A stretch of DNA of 64,000 bases from an uncultured Ectothiorhodospiraceae bacterium (GTDB taxonomy: Bacteria; Pseudomonadota; Gammaproteobacteria; CAYFSA01). The position numbers and the translations under genes were made by a program. The notes below the pieces were generated by a model. It had not been told where the DNA came from and made no database searches. It saw only the letters and a list, made by a program, of their open reading frames with translations. Shown here piece by piece: positions 18,145-28,180 of the stretch. Position 1 is the first letter of the stretch. Each line of letters begins with the position of its first letter. The DNA is taken from assembly GCA_964345605.1 (NCBI GenBank), contig CAYFSA010000001.1, positions 14,521-78,520 on the forward strand. Direction: 5' to 3'.

Positions 18145-21100
18145 TTAATGCTCCAGATCGGCTTTCAAGCGGATACCGCGTTTACCTGATTTCGGTTGGG
18201 TCGCTTGCGAGGACTCGGCGTGAGCCTCGGATGCCGCCGTTTGAGCCGACTTATCTACATAATTGCTCGCTTGCTCAGCTTCTTGTTCAATCGTCGTTGC
18301 CTGCGCAACAGGTGCCGTTGGCGACTTCTCGGCCGCGGCATCTGACGGCTGCGACCAAGCCGATTCCGGCAGCGAGGCACTATCCGGCATGGGTGCCTGG
18401 CCGGTTCGGTGGGTTGCGCTCACGCCACTGCTGCTCGCTTTAGCCGGCTCGGATTGCACAGCCAAAGTTTGCTCGCCCTGGGACAGCGGAGACGGCTGGG
18501 CTGCAGTGCTGGCGGCCTCACCGCTTGCCCCAGACGCCGGCATGGTCTCAGCCGGCTCAATTTGCTTGTCACGCGCGCGGCTCAAGGCCCATACCTGCTT
18601 TACGCCCCAACGCAGCAAATAAAATATACCCTGGGCTATCAGGCCGATATAGATCGCCACAGTCTTGGCCGTGGCGAGTGCGGCGCTGCGTGAGGATTTG
18701 CGTGTTTCACGCCGCGCTGCCGAATCGCCAGGCCCGGAACCGGCCCCATCATCCGGGCCGCTGGGGCCACTCGGACCCGGACCACTGGGCCCATTACCCC
18801 GGCCCTTGCTCAGTAACGGATCGTTCTCGCAGGGCGTCGGCGCCATCTGACTTGCCGGGCCGGCCAAACAGAAAGCATGGCGTACCGAGACGCAGCCTAA
18901 GGGAATAACCAGCAATGTCAACACGGTCGAAACGATGACACCGAACATCAGGGACACTGCCATCCCCTGGAAGATTGGATCGGCCAAGATCACCGCCGAG
19001 CCGCCGACCAGCGCCAGCGCGGTGATGATAATGGGGCGTGTACGCGCCTTGCAGGCCTGGATCACCGCCTCGGACACCGGTTGGCCATGATCCACTTCGT
19101 GCTTGGCAAAATCCACCAATAAGATAGAGTTACGCACAATAATACCTGCCAGGGCGATGAAGCCGATCATTGACGTGGCGGTGAACTCGGCATTAAACAG
19201 CCAGTGCCCCGGAATAATCCCGATCAAAGTAAGCGGAATCGGCGCCATCACCACCATCGGCAGGATAAAGTTACCGAACTGTGCCACCACCAGAATGTAA
19301 ATCAGCACTAAGGCCCCGGCGAAGGCAATGCCCATATCCCGGAAGGTCTCGTAAGTGACCGTCCATTCGCCACCCCATTCGAAGGCAACATTGGCGCTGG
19401 TATAGTCACTGCTCGGCGGTCCCATCCAGCCGGTTTTGACCGGCTCGCCCGTGGGTGACTCATAGTCTTCGAGCATCTTTTCGACTTCAAGCATGCCATA
19501 AACCGGGGCGGCCAGGCGTCCGGCGGTTTCCGCCGTGACATACTCCAGCGGCCGCAGATCCTTGTGATAAATGACCGGATCCTGTGGGCGCGGTTTAAAA
19601 TAGCCCAATTCCGCCAAGGGGACGGTATCGCCCCGCGCTCGCCCGCCAGCGGTTTGGCCTCCACCATTGCTCACCTGGGTCGCAACCGGCAGCTGCCCGA
19701 TGCGCGAAAACTCATGGCGTATCGATAGCGGCACTTGCAGGACAATCTCGACCGGATCGACCATGCGGCTTTCGAATTTGACATCACCGAGCTCGTAGCC
19801 TCCCATAGCCATCGCCAAGGTCTCGTTGATATCGGCCACACTCACCCCGATCCGCGACGCCTTCTCACGCTGCACCACAAAGTCATAGACCTGGTATTCC
19901 GCTTGCAGGAAATTGTCCTCGTCCGTCAAGTACTGCGCCTTCTCGAACATCTGCGTCAAATCTTCGGCCACGGCAACGAGCGCCTCACGCGGGCCGTACA
20001 CTTCGGCCACCACCGATTGCAGCACGGGCGGCCCGGGCGGCATTTCGACCACTTCGATCCGGGCTCCGGCGGCCGTGGCAATGGGGGTTAAGCGCTCGCG
20101 CACTTCCACCGCGATCTGGTGACTGGTGCGATCAGGCCGGTCGTGCTTGTCGATCAACTGCACTTGGATATCACCCTGCCAGGGATTCTGACGCAGATAG
20201 TAATGGCGCACCAAACCGTTGAAATTATACGGCGAGGCGGTACCGGCATAGGACTGCAGACTGACGACTTCCGGGATTTCCTGGACTTCTTCGGCCAAGT
20301 CCTGAATCACATTGGCCGTGCGCGGCAGCGCGGTACCCTCAGGCATGTTCAGCATCACCTGGAATTCCGGCTTGTTATCCAACGGCAGCATCTTGACCCG
20401 CACATCGGTCGTATAAAATAGCGATACCGAGGCAAAAAAGGCCACGATGACCGCCAGCAAAAACAGGCTGCCTTTCCAGCGGCTTTTGAGCATCGGCGTA
20501 ATCGAGAAGCGGTACAAGCGCTCGTACATCTCGGCCGACCGATGCTCCTGCGAGGCCATCCGGCCAAGTTTGCGCAGACTCGGTTTGAGCAGCATCGCCA
20601 ACCACGGTGTGAACACGAAGGCGGCAAACAGGGAGAAGGCCATGGCCACCGAGCCTAAGGCGGGAATGGGCATCATGTAGGGGCCCATCATGCCGCTGAC
20701 CATCGCCATCGGCAGCAGGGCCGCAATGACGGTGCCGGTCGCCAGGATAGTCGGATTACCGACCTCATCAACCGCCGCCACTGCCGTGGGGGAATCGATC
20801 TCGCTCTTAATCAGCCAGCGTCGGTAGATATTCTCGACCACCACGATAGCATCGTCGACCAGGATGCCGATGGAGAATATCAAGGCGAATAGACTCACCC
20901 GGTCGATGGTAAAGCCCAACACCCAGGCCGAGAACACGGCGACCAGGATAACGATGGGGATAACGACAAGCACCACCGTGGCCGCACGCCAGCCCAGGAA
21001 GTACCAGACCAGGGCGGTCACGATGAAGGTCGCGATCAGCAGCTTCTTGAGCAGCCCGTTAACCTTTTGCTTAGCGGTCTCACCATAGTTGCGGGTTACA

Positions 21101-22200
21101 TCGACCTTGACGTTATCCGGGATAATCCGTCCCTGCAAACTATTGACCTTGTTAATCACATCCTGGGCGACCACCACGCCATTGCTACCCTTCTTCTTAG
21201 CAATCGCCAGCGTGACCGCCGGTGCCCCATTGGCCGAGGCCTGCTGTTCGGCCTGCTCGCCTTCATGACTATGGCCGCCATGCCCATAGGCCGGACCGGT
21301 ATAATGCCGTACGAGCTGATGCGCTTCCCCCGGGCCAAGATAAACATTGGCGACGTCACGCACATAAATGGGTTGGCCGCGATAGGCACCGATTACCAGG
21401 CTCTCGACATCCTCGGCTGTGCGTAAAAACTCGCCGGTATAAAGCTTGAACGTACTGTCGCCGGATTCCATGCGGCCAAGCCCTCGCTCTTTGTTGGCAG
21501 CACGAATCGTATTGGCCAGCTTATCCATGGAAAGCTCGTAGCCGGCGAGCTTTTCCGGTAACACCTCGATACGCAATTGCTCCTGGCGCCCATGCACCAC
21601 GAAGCCTTTATTGATGTTCGGCAGCTCGTTGGCCCGCTGCATGACCTCCAGGGCAATTTGGTGCAGCGTCGCGTCATCGACCTCCTGCGACCAAAAGGTA
21701 AAGGTCACAATAGGCACGTCATTGATGCCTTTGGGCTTGACCAGCGGCTCCGAGGCACCCGGCGGGATCTTGTCCAGATTCGAGGCCAGCTTGTCGTACA
21801 ACTTAACCAGCGACGGGCCTTTCTCTTCGCCGACATCGAACTGCACGGTCACCAGCGCGCGATCGCGCTCGGAAGCCGAATAGACATGATCGACTCCGGT
21901 CAGCTCGTTCATCATGCGCTCGAGCGGCTCGGTGACCAGGCTGGCGACCTGATCGGAGGACCCCCCTGGATACTTCACGAAGATATCCACCATGGGCACA
22001 GAGATTTGGGGATCTTCCTGCCTTGGCGTCAGGGCAATGCCGATCAAACCAGCGACTAGGCTGGCAATCAGAAACAAAGGTGTCAGCGGTGAACGGATAA
22101 ACGCGCCGGCGACCCGTCCGGCGATGCCCAAAGGAGCATCATCGTTCGTTGACGGGCTCGAGGAGGCGGACTGATGCTCGTTGGAATTATTGTCGCTCAT
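18145..22200 (-). CDS. RND-superfamily efflux permease (AcrB/CzcA-like, 12-TM core) with ~300-aa C-terminal low-complexity extension
   Basis: 1351 aa. The first ~1040 aa have the typical RND architecture. The tail carries a GPSGPGPSGPSGP tract, an extra hydrophobic helix (TVAIYIGLIAQGIFYLLRWGV) and an S/A/Q/E-rich segment. Confidence 0.9.
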   Translation of the reverse strand: MSDNNSNEHQSASSSPSTNDDAPLGIAGRVAGAFIRSPLTPLFLIASLVAGLIGIALTPRQEDPQISVPMVDIFVKYPGGSSDQVASLVTEPLERMMNELTGVDHVYSASERDRALVTVQFDVGEEKGPSLVKLYDKLASNLDKIPPGASEPLVKPKGINDVPIVTFTFWSQEVDDATLHQIALEVMQRANELPNINKGFVVHGRQEQLRIEVLPEKLAGYELSMDKLANTIRAANKERGLGRMESGDSTFKLYTGEFLRTAEDVESLVIGAYRGQPIYVRDVANVYLGPGEAHQLVRHYTGPAYGHGGHSHEGEQAEQQASANGAPAVTLAIAKKKGSNGVVVAQDVINKVNSLQGRIIPDNVKVDVTRNYGETAKQKVNGLLKKLLIATFIVTALVWYFLGWRAATVVLVVIPIVILVAVFSAWVLGFTIDRVSLFALIFSIGILVDDAIVVVENIYRRWLIKSEIDSPTAVAAVDEVGNPTILATGTVIAALLPMAMVSGMMGPYMMPIPALGSVAMAFSLFAAFVFTPWLAMLLKPSLRKLGRMASQEHRSAEMYERLYRFSITPMLKSRWKGSLFLLAVIVAFFASVSLFYTTDVRVKMLPLDNKPEFQVMLNMPEGTALPRTANVIQDLAEEVQEIPEVVSLQSYAGTASPYNFNGLVRHYYLRQNPWQGDIQVQLIDKHDRPDRTSHQIAVEVRERLTPIATAAGARIEVVEMPPGPPVLQSVVAEVYGPREALVAVAEDLTQMFEKAQYLTDEDNFLQAEYQVYDFVVQREKASRIGVSVADINETLAMAMGGYELGDVKFESRMVDPVEIVLQVPLSIRHEFSRIGQLPVATQVSNGGGQTAGGRARGDTVPLAELGYFKPRPQDPVIYHKDLRPLEYVTAETAGRLAAPVYGMLEVEKMLEDYESPTGEPVKTGWMGPPSSDYTSANVAFEWGGEWTVTYETFRDMGIAFAGALVLIYILVVAQFGNFILPMVVMAPIPLTLIGIIPGHWLFNAEFTATSMIGFIALAGIIVRNSILLVDFAKHEVDHGQPVSEAVIQACKARTRPIIITALALVGGSAVILADPIFQGMAVSLMFGVIVSTVLTLLVIPLGCVSVRHAFCLAGPASQMAPTPCENDPLLSKGRGNGPSGPGPSGPSGPDDGAGSGPGDSAARRETRKSSRSAALATAKTVAIYIGLIAQGIFYLLRWGVKQVWALSRARDKQIEPAETMPASGASGEAASTAAQPSPLSQGEQTLAVQSEPAKASSSGVSATHRTGQAPMPDSASLPESAWSQPSDAAAEKSPTAPVAQATTIEQEAEQASNYVDKSAQTAASEAHAESSQATQPKSGKRGIRLKADLEH

Positions 22201-22229
22201 GGAGATTGCGTTCCAGCATGGACCAAGCG

Positions 22230-23357
22230 TTAAGGCATATACCCCGAGGAGGCCCCCGGCGGCGGATTATCCACGATACGGTCGCCGGGCGACAAACCGG
22301 ACATGACAGCGACCCGATCCGGACCGACCTCGCGGCCGAGCCGAACCACACGTAACTGGGAAGTCCCGTCGGTTACTTTCAGCACACTCGGCAAGCTGCC
22401 TTCGAGAATAGCCGAGTGCGGCACCACCACTTGGGCTGGCCCGCCACGCGCTTGGACCGGCAGAACAATATCGGCATACATACCAGGCCCACCGGGTACG
22501 CCGGCCGGCAAATCGAACTTGACGGTCACGGTATGGCGCTGCGGATCGGCCTGCGGATAAATCTGGGCCACGCGGGCATCAACTGGCGAACGACCGGCAA
22601 CATCCAGAAAAGCCCGCACAATCATCCCGACTTCCAGATTATTAATCAGTCGCGTAGGAATGTCGGCCCGAATCCGCAAATAGTCGACATGGGCAAAGCG
22701 CAGCATGGGTTGGCCGGGCTGCACCGTATCGCCGCGCTCGACCAACTTGTCCATGATCACCCCATCGAATGGCGCGATAGAACGGGCATCGCGCAAGGCC
22801 GCATCGATTTCGGCGATAGTCGAACGGGCTTGCTCAACCTGCGCAGCAGCTTGATTGACCGACGTCCAACGGCCATAAATATTGGCACCACGCTCGACAT
22901 CGGGATCGCCGTAACCGGCCACTTCACCTGCCTGGCGAGTGAACATCTTGTCGAATAGCGAGGGCACACCCATGCCGGGTAACTGCTGGACACTCTCCGT
23001 ACTCGGCGAACGCAGTTCGCGATCATACTGAATCTGCGCATTACGCAAGGCATATTGGGCATTGCGCAGCTTGGCGACGGCCGAGCGCCGGCGCGCGCGC
23101 AAATCGTCTTCGTCAATACTGGCAAGCAGATCACCCGCCTGGAAGCGATCGCCCTCTTCGCCGGCGATCATATCGATACGACCGGGAATCTGCGCGGACA
23201 GGGTCACTTCTTTATAGGGAACGACGGTACCCCCCACCACGACCTGACTCCGGTTCTGGACGGTTTCCACGGTAATAACTCGCGGCTCGGCCGCTTGGCT
23301 TACCGAGGTAAAGAAAAGTGTGAGTAAACAAGCAATATTGAACAAGAGAAAACGCAT
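22230..23357 (-). CDS. RND efflux periplasmic adaptor (membrane fusion protein, HlyD family)
   Basis: Signal/anchor MRFLLFNIACLLTLFFTSVSQA followed by biotinyl-lipoyl, coiled-coil and beta-barrel MFP regions. Lies 30 nt upstream of the RND gene. No outer-membrane factor gene is adjacent. Confidence 0.85.
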   Translation of the reverse strand: MRFLLFNIACLLTLFFTSVSQAAEPRVITVETVQNRSQVVVGGTVVPYKEVTLSAQIPGRIDMIAGEEGDRFQAGDLLASIDEDDLRARRRSAVAKLRNAQYALRNAQIQYDRELRSPSTESVQQLPGMGVPSLFDKMFTRQAGEVAGYGDPDVERGANIYGRWTSVNQAAAQVEQARSTIAEIDAALRDARSIAPFDGVIMDKLVERGDTVQPGQPMLRFAHVDYLRIRADIPTRLINNLEVGMIVRAFLDVAGRSPVDARVAQIYPQADPQRHTVTVKFDLPAGVPGGPGMYADIVLPVQARGGPAQVVVPHSAILEGSLPSVLKVTDGTSQLRVVRLGREVGPDRVAVMSGLSPGDRIVDNPPPGASSGYMP

Positions 23358-23648
23358 ATTGATGGTCTCGGGCTTAGGGCATAACCGTAACTGAAAACGC
23401 CGATCCGAAATGAGATACATCGCCTGACCATCCCTGCCGTCGCGGCACTGATCGATGACAGCAGATTGATCGTTGGCAAATATGGGACGTGATCATATCG
23501 AATCCAAGCCGCCAGGCATACCTCTGGTGAAGAATTCCTGCGAATAATACCCGAGCGCCGCGCGCCACGCACCCGCTTGGCTCCGAGACAAGCCTGCGTT
23601 AGCCTTGCGCAATACTGGCGCTAGCGCGCCGCCTCCCGGACCCAAGCC

Positions 23649-24800
23649 GTGACCGAGCTCCTGTTTATCGACCACCCCGCGACCTTGCAAGACTTGACTA
23701 CCACCCTGCGAGGCACGCCCTGGTTGGCCCTGGATACCGAATTTTACCGCGAGAAGACTTACTTCCCGCAGCTGTGTCTGGTGCAAATCGCCACGGCCGA
23801 CATAATCGCTTGCATCGACCCGCTCGCCCTGCCGGATCTGACCCCCTTGCAGGCACTGCTGGGGGATCGGCAAACCACCAAAGTCTTTCATGCCGCCGCT
23901 CAGGACATCGAAGCATTGTTGCAACGCCTCACGGCTGCCCCCTTCCCCTTGTTCGACACCCAAATCGCCGCCGCCTTGCTCGGTTACGGGGACCAGCCGG
24001 GCTATGCCCGATTAGTTCGCGATCTGCTAGGGATCAAACTGGACAAATCGCAAACCCGCACCGATTGGGCCCGCCGCCCCCTGCTGCCGGCGCAGCTTGC
24101 CTACGCCGCCGATGACGTGCGTTATCTCGGACCGATTTATCAGCGCTTAACCCATCAGCTCAAAGCCAAAGGGCGGCTCGATTGGCTGACCGAAGATTTC
24201 GCAAGCCTGGCCGATAGCCTGGCTTATCGGCCCAATCCCGAAACCGCTTGGCAACGGATTCGCGGCATTCATACCCTGCACCCGCGCCAGCTCGCGATCC
24301 TGCACGGCCTGGCAGCCTGGCGGGAAAACCTGGCGATCGAGCGCAATCAGCCCCGCAAGCACCTGGCCTCCGACGAAGGGCTGCTGGCGCTGGTACATCA
24401 GCCGCCCAGCACGCTCAAACAACTGCAGCGCAACAAAGGCATCCCCGCAGCGATTACGGCCCAGCATGGCGAGCAATTACTGCGATTAATGGCCGAGGCC
24501 CAAAGCCTGCCGGCCACGGCCTGGCCACCCACGCCCCGCCACCAACCCTTGACACCATCCCAGGAAGCCTTAGCCGATGCCGCGCTAGCCATCCTGCGCA
24601 CCTGCGCTGCACAGCAGGCTATCAGCCTGAGCATGCTGGGCGGACGCAGCCAAATCGAGCGTTACCTCCGCGGCGAAAGACGTCTGCCGTTATTCACGGG
24701 CTGGCGCTATCACGTAGCGGGACAGCCGATCGAAGCCTTTCTGCAAGGCAGGCTCCAGCTCCAGGTGATCATGGAGCAGCTCGCGCTGCGGGGGCTGTAA
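23649..24800 (+). CDS. rnd: ribonuclease D
   Basis: DEDDy 3'-5' exonuclease motifs (LALDTEF, HAAAQD, YAADDV) and an HRDC domain. GTG start. Confidence 0.9.
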   Translation: MTELLFIDHPATLQDLTTTLRGTPWLALDTEFYREKTYFPQLCLVQIATADIIACIDPLALPDLTPLQALLGDRQTTKVFHAAAQDIEALLQRLTAAPFPLFDTQIAAALLGYGDQPGYARLVRDLLGIKLDKSQTRTDWARRPLLPAQLAYAADDVRYLGPIYQRLTHQLKAKGRLDWLTEDFASLADSLAYRPNPETAWQRIRGIHTLHPRQLAILHGLAAWRENLAIERNQPRKHLASDEGLLALVHQPPSTLKQLQRNKGIPAAITAQHGEQLLRLMAEAQSLPATAWPPTPRHQPLTPSQEALADAALAILRTCAAQQAISLSMLGGRSQIERYLRGERRLPLFTGWRYHVAGQPIEAFLQGRLQLQVIMEQLALRGL

Positions 24801-24814
24801 AGGCTCGACCGAAC

Positions 24815-25210
24815 TTATTGCACTATAAAGCCGGTAAACAAGATATCTTTTAACGGCGGCCGCCCCAAATACCGGACCAACGCCTCATTGACCGCAGTCG
24901 TCAGCTCTTCGCGCAAGGCCTGGCGCTTGGACACATCACGCAGTTCCGGTAACGGCCGCCCCCCCAAAGCCAACAGAATACGATCACGCACGATGGGCAT
25001 TTTGTCTTTGACCGCTTGCATGTCTTCTTTGCTGTTCACTTCCAGCTGCATCTGCACACGCGCATAATGGCCTGGGCTTTCACCGACGTTCACAACAACA
25101 TCTTCCATGCGAATAAACGGAAAGGCATCATCGGCGGCTAGACTCTCCGCGCCGAGCGACAAACCGACCGCAAGCAGCAGCAACTGACAAACCCGACGAG
25201 CTAAGCTCAT
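24815..25210 (-). CDS. FliL-family (flagellar basal body-associated) periplasmic protein
   Basis: Signal peptide, then FPFIRMEDVVVNV...VQMQLEV...RDRILLAL...LREELTTAVNEAL, which follows the FliL domain pattern. Confidence 0.55.
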   Translation of the reverse strand: MSLARRVCQLLLLAVGLSLGAESLAADDAFPFIRMEDVVVNVGESPGHYARVQMQLEVNSKEDMQAVKDKMPIVRDRILLALGGRPLPELRDVSKRQALREELTTAVNEALVRYLGRPPLKDILFTGFIVQ

Positions 25211-25337
25211 GAACTATCTCCCGAAATCACAGTAACAAATGGACAAAAAGCGGCGCTTATGTATGCTGGGCACCTTCGGCTAGCGCCGAGGCGGCCGGTA
25301 GGGGCAGCACAGACTAGGCATCACGTAGCGAGCAGTT

Positions 25338-26213
25338 ATGAAAGACCTGAAAACCCGTCTTGCTGAACATGGCTTTATCGCCAATACCGATTATGACTAC
25401 CCGATCAAATGCCTGTTAAGCGCGCGGCTATCCCATCTGCGCTGCCTGAACATCGAAGGCAACGGTGGCCGCCGCAAAACCGCCTTTGCTCATGCCCTGG
25501 CCAAGGCGCTCGATATCGAGCATGTGCTGTATTATGAATTTCCCCATACCCAACCAGCCCCCGAGCCCGTGCGCATTCCCCCGAACCTGCAGGCCCAGGA
25601 CGCTGATTACCCCGGCGAACCCCCGGTCGAGGCCTTCGTGCAGATCGTCGGTGAGGCCTGTGCGCTGAGCGAGGGCGAACCGACCGCACTGATCCTGGAT
25701 CAGCTCCAGCGCGCCCCGTTTCATCGCCATCTGCAGATCAGCGAATTCATCCAGCGCTGCGAATGGAGCGTCGCGGAAATGCAGCTGCGCGCCAACCGCC
25801 AAAACCTTCATGTTTTCCTCATTGCCGAGGAACCGCTATACCACTCCCTGCAGCAATTGAGTTTCAATCTGTGGCTCGCCGACCAAGCTCAATCAGGGCT
25901 TCACCCAACGCCCGCCGAGCTCGGTCTGAACCCGGCGGCCGAGCCCGTCCTCGGCGGTCTGGCACGGCTTTTCGCTCACTTGGAGGTCACGCCCACTTGG
26001 TATGAATATCAACGCCTCATGCACGATATCCAGTTCAATATCCAAAGCCTTGACAATCTCAAGACCTCCATCTATGGCTGGATCGAAGGCGTGCAGCGGG
26101 CGTCGCTGTATGCCGCCAAGACCCATGAAATCCTGGAAACCGAACTGGCGCCGTTGCTGAACCGCTATCTGGGCACTCAGCTACTCGACGCACCACAGTC
26201 TCAGCGCCCATAA
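25338..26213 (+). CDS. conserved hypothetical protein (291 aa) with degenerate P-loop-like motif
   Basis: NIEGNGGRRKTAFAHALAKAL resembles a degraded Walker A. No other recognisable motifs. Confidence 0.45.
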   Translation: MKDLKTRLAEHGFIANTDYDYPIKCLLSARLSHLRCLNIEGNGGRRKTAFAHALAKALDIEHVLYYEFPHTQPAPEPVRIPPNLQAQDADYPGEPPVEAFVQIVGEACALSEGEPTALILDQLQRAPFHRHLQISEFIQRCEWSVAEMQLRANRQNLHVFLIAEEPLYHSLQQLSFNLWLADQAQSGLHPTPAELGLNPAAEPVLGGLARLFAHLEVTPTWYEYQRLMHDIQFNIQSLDNLKTSIYGWIEGVQRASLYAAKTHEILETELAPLLNRYLGTQLLDAPQSQRP

Positions 26214-26278
26214 TGCACAGAGTGGGAGCTGGGCCACCGGGCCAACCATTGCCAACCATTGACTCGAATGAGGATGAC

Positions 26279-26530
26279 ATGCAGGTAGAAACCGTCAAGC
26301 GCTTGATTGAACAAGCGATCCCCAACAGCACTGTGCAAGTCGCCAACAGCGGCAATAAATACGAGGTCATGGTCGTCAGCGACGCATTCGCCGGCAAGAC
26401 CCCGGTCGCCGCCCACAAGCTCGTCTATAGCGCGCTGAATGATCATATCGACTCAGGCGAGATTCATGCGCTCAGTATCCGCACCTTCACCCCGGATAAT
26501 GCCCCTGCCGGCCACTCGACTCAAGCTTAG
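26279..26530 (+). CDS. BolA-family protein (IbaG/YrbA-like)
   Basis: ...YEVMVVSDAFAGKTPVAAHKLVYSALNDHIDSGEIHALSIRTFTP matches the BolA/IbaG consensus. Confidence 0.7.
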   Translation: MQVETVKRLIEQAIPNSTVQVANSGNKYEVMVVSDAFAGKTPVAAHKLVYSALNDHIDSGEIHALSIRTFTPDNAPAGHSTQA

Positions 26531-26545
26531 GCACGCGCCGCCGCC

Positions 26546-27361
26546 TTGACCGTATCCTTACCTGAGTTCCAGCGGGAACTGACCGAAACGATTCGTTATC
26601 AGGCCTACCTGCGCTATTGCGCGCGGGGACGTGAGTCCAATCACGCCGAGGACGATTGGTTTGGCGCCGAAGTCGCTATCATTTCTCAGTTAAGCGGGGT
26701 CCTCGAGGAATGGCAGCCGGCTTCGGCACCTGACCTGACCGAAACCTTTTACCAAGCCTCCACCGAGCAGGCCCGGCAGGCCTCGCATCAAGCCAGTGTG
26801 GCACTCGCGCGCATGTTAGCCAAGCCACGACCTTTTGGCACCCGACATTGGACGCGCAAGCTGACGCCCCTGCGTCTGACCATCGCCTTACCGCCGTTAC
26901 TATGGGTCACCACTTTACTGACTTGGCCCGACAACCCGGCGATGCACCTGTCTGGCCAACGCGCCGATCCGCCGCTAGCAGCCGCCATGGCAGCCAACGG
27001 CATGCCTCAGCCAGCCAGCAACACCCAGCCAGCCATGCCGGCTTACCATGCCCATACCGACTCGCTCAGCGCACCGCGCTACACCATTCAGCTCCTGGCG
27101 GTGCGCGATCCGCGGGGCATACCGGCGTTTATTGCTGCAAACAGGCTGGATCGCCAGCAACTGGAACTCATCCAGAGCCACCGCAGCCCACATGGCTGGT
27201 ATCTCTTATTGTATGGCACCTTTGATGGCTACCAGGCTGCCCAGCAAGCACTGCGAACCCTGCCGCCAGCCTTATCGACCAACAGCCCCTTCATTCGCGA
27301 GCGCAGCGCCCTCAGCGCAACCGTCGCCTGGCCCGATCAACCTCAGGATTCACTCGGCTAA
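26546..27361 (+). CDS. membrane protein with N-terminal DUF2934-like motif and C-terminal SPOR (peptidoglycan-binding) domain
   Basis: IRYQAYLRYCARGRESNHAEDDWFGAEVAI fits the DUF2934 consensus. A TM segment follows. A C-terminal SPOR-like region runs YTIQLLAVRD...GWYLLLYGTFDGYQAAQQAL. Start codon non-ATG or uncertain. Confidence 0.55.
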   Translation: MTVSLPEFQRELTETIRYQAYLRYCARGRESNHAEDDWFGAEVAIISQLSGVLEEWQPASAPDLTETFYQASTEQARQASHQASVALARMLAKPRPFGTRHWTRKLTPLRLTIALPPLLWVTTLLTWPDNPAMHLSGQRADPPLAAAMAANGMPQPASNTQPAMPAYHAHTDSLSAPRYTIQLLAVRDPRGIPAFIAANRLDRQQLELIQSHRSPHGWYLLLYGTFDGYQAAQQALRTLPPALSTNSPFIRERSALSATVAWPDQPQDSLG

Positions 27362-28180
27362 TTGCTGCTTGGCCTGCAGCCACAGTCGATCGAGTTCATC
27401 TAGGTCACAGTCCTCGGGCCGCGCACCCCGCCCGGCCAGGGTGGTCTCGATGTAGCGGAAGCGTTGCTCGAATTTGCGATTGGCGGTACGCAGCGCGGTT
27501 TCAGGATCGACTTGCAGATGCCGACTGAGATTCACCGCCGAGAACAATAAATCGCCGATTTCGTCGGTTAGACGTTCGCGGCTATAACCACCGGCCTCCA
27601 ATTCGGCTTCGACCTCGGCCAATTCCTCGCTGACCTTGCTGCGCACCGCCTCGACCGCCGGCCAATCGAAGCCGACCTTGGCCGCGCGCTGCTGCAGCTT
27701 CAAGGCTCGTGTCAAGGCGGGCAAAGCCAGCGCGATACCGTCCAAGGCACTTTCGGTCGCGCTCGCTGCCCATTTTTCCTGCCGCTCCCGCGCCTTTTCC
27801 GCCTCCCAGGCATGCGCGCGCTCTTGTTCGGTGGCATAGACCGCATCCCCGAACACATGCGGATGCCGCCGTACGAGCTTGTCCGAAATGCCGGCCGCGA
27901 CGTCATGAAAGTCGAACAACCGTTGCTCTTCGGCCAACCGGGAATAGAAGACCACCTGCAGCAGGAGATCACCAAGCTCTTCGCGCAAGCTATGATAATC
28001 CTGGCGCTCGATCGCATCAGCAACCTCATAGGCTTCTTCCAAAGTATGCGGCACGATGCTCAAAAAGGTTTGCGCCAAATCCCAGGGGCATCCTGAAGTT
28101 GGGTTGCGCAGCTGCGCCATGATACCCAGTAGCCGCGCAAGGTCGTTGTGTTGCGTTTGTTGTTCGGTCTGTTCGCTCAA
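27350..28180 (-). CDS. mazG: nucleoside triphosphate pyrophosphohydrolase MazG
   Basis: Tandem MazG domains with EEAYEVADAI and ELGDLLLQVVF motifs. Confidence 0.9.
   Translation of the reverse strand: MSEQTEQQTQHNDLARLLGIMAQLRNPTSGCPWDLAQTFLSIVPHTLEEAYEVADAIERQDYHSLREELGDLLLQVVFYSRLAEEQRLFDFHDVAAGISDKLVRRHPHVFGDAVYATEQERAHAWEAEKARERQEKWAASATESALDGIALALPALTRALKLQQRAAKVGFDWPAVEAVRSKVSEELAEVEAELEAGGYSRERLTDEIGDLLFSAVNLSRHLQVDPETALRTANRKFEQRFRYIETTLAGRGARPEDCDLDELDRLWLQAKQQLAE

Noticed and set aside
18263-22174. Numerous 60-180-aa ORFs on both strands inside the RND permease gene (e.g. 18263..18622, 19735..20091, 21577..22059)
   Set aside because: They lie wholly within and antisense or out-of-frame to a well-supported 1351-aa RND gene in GC-rich DNA. 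The same applies to the ORF-track entries inside hemY, hemX, hemD, hemC, vgrG, clpV, rpoN and others.
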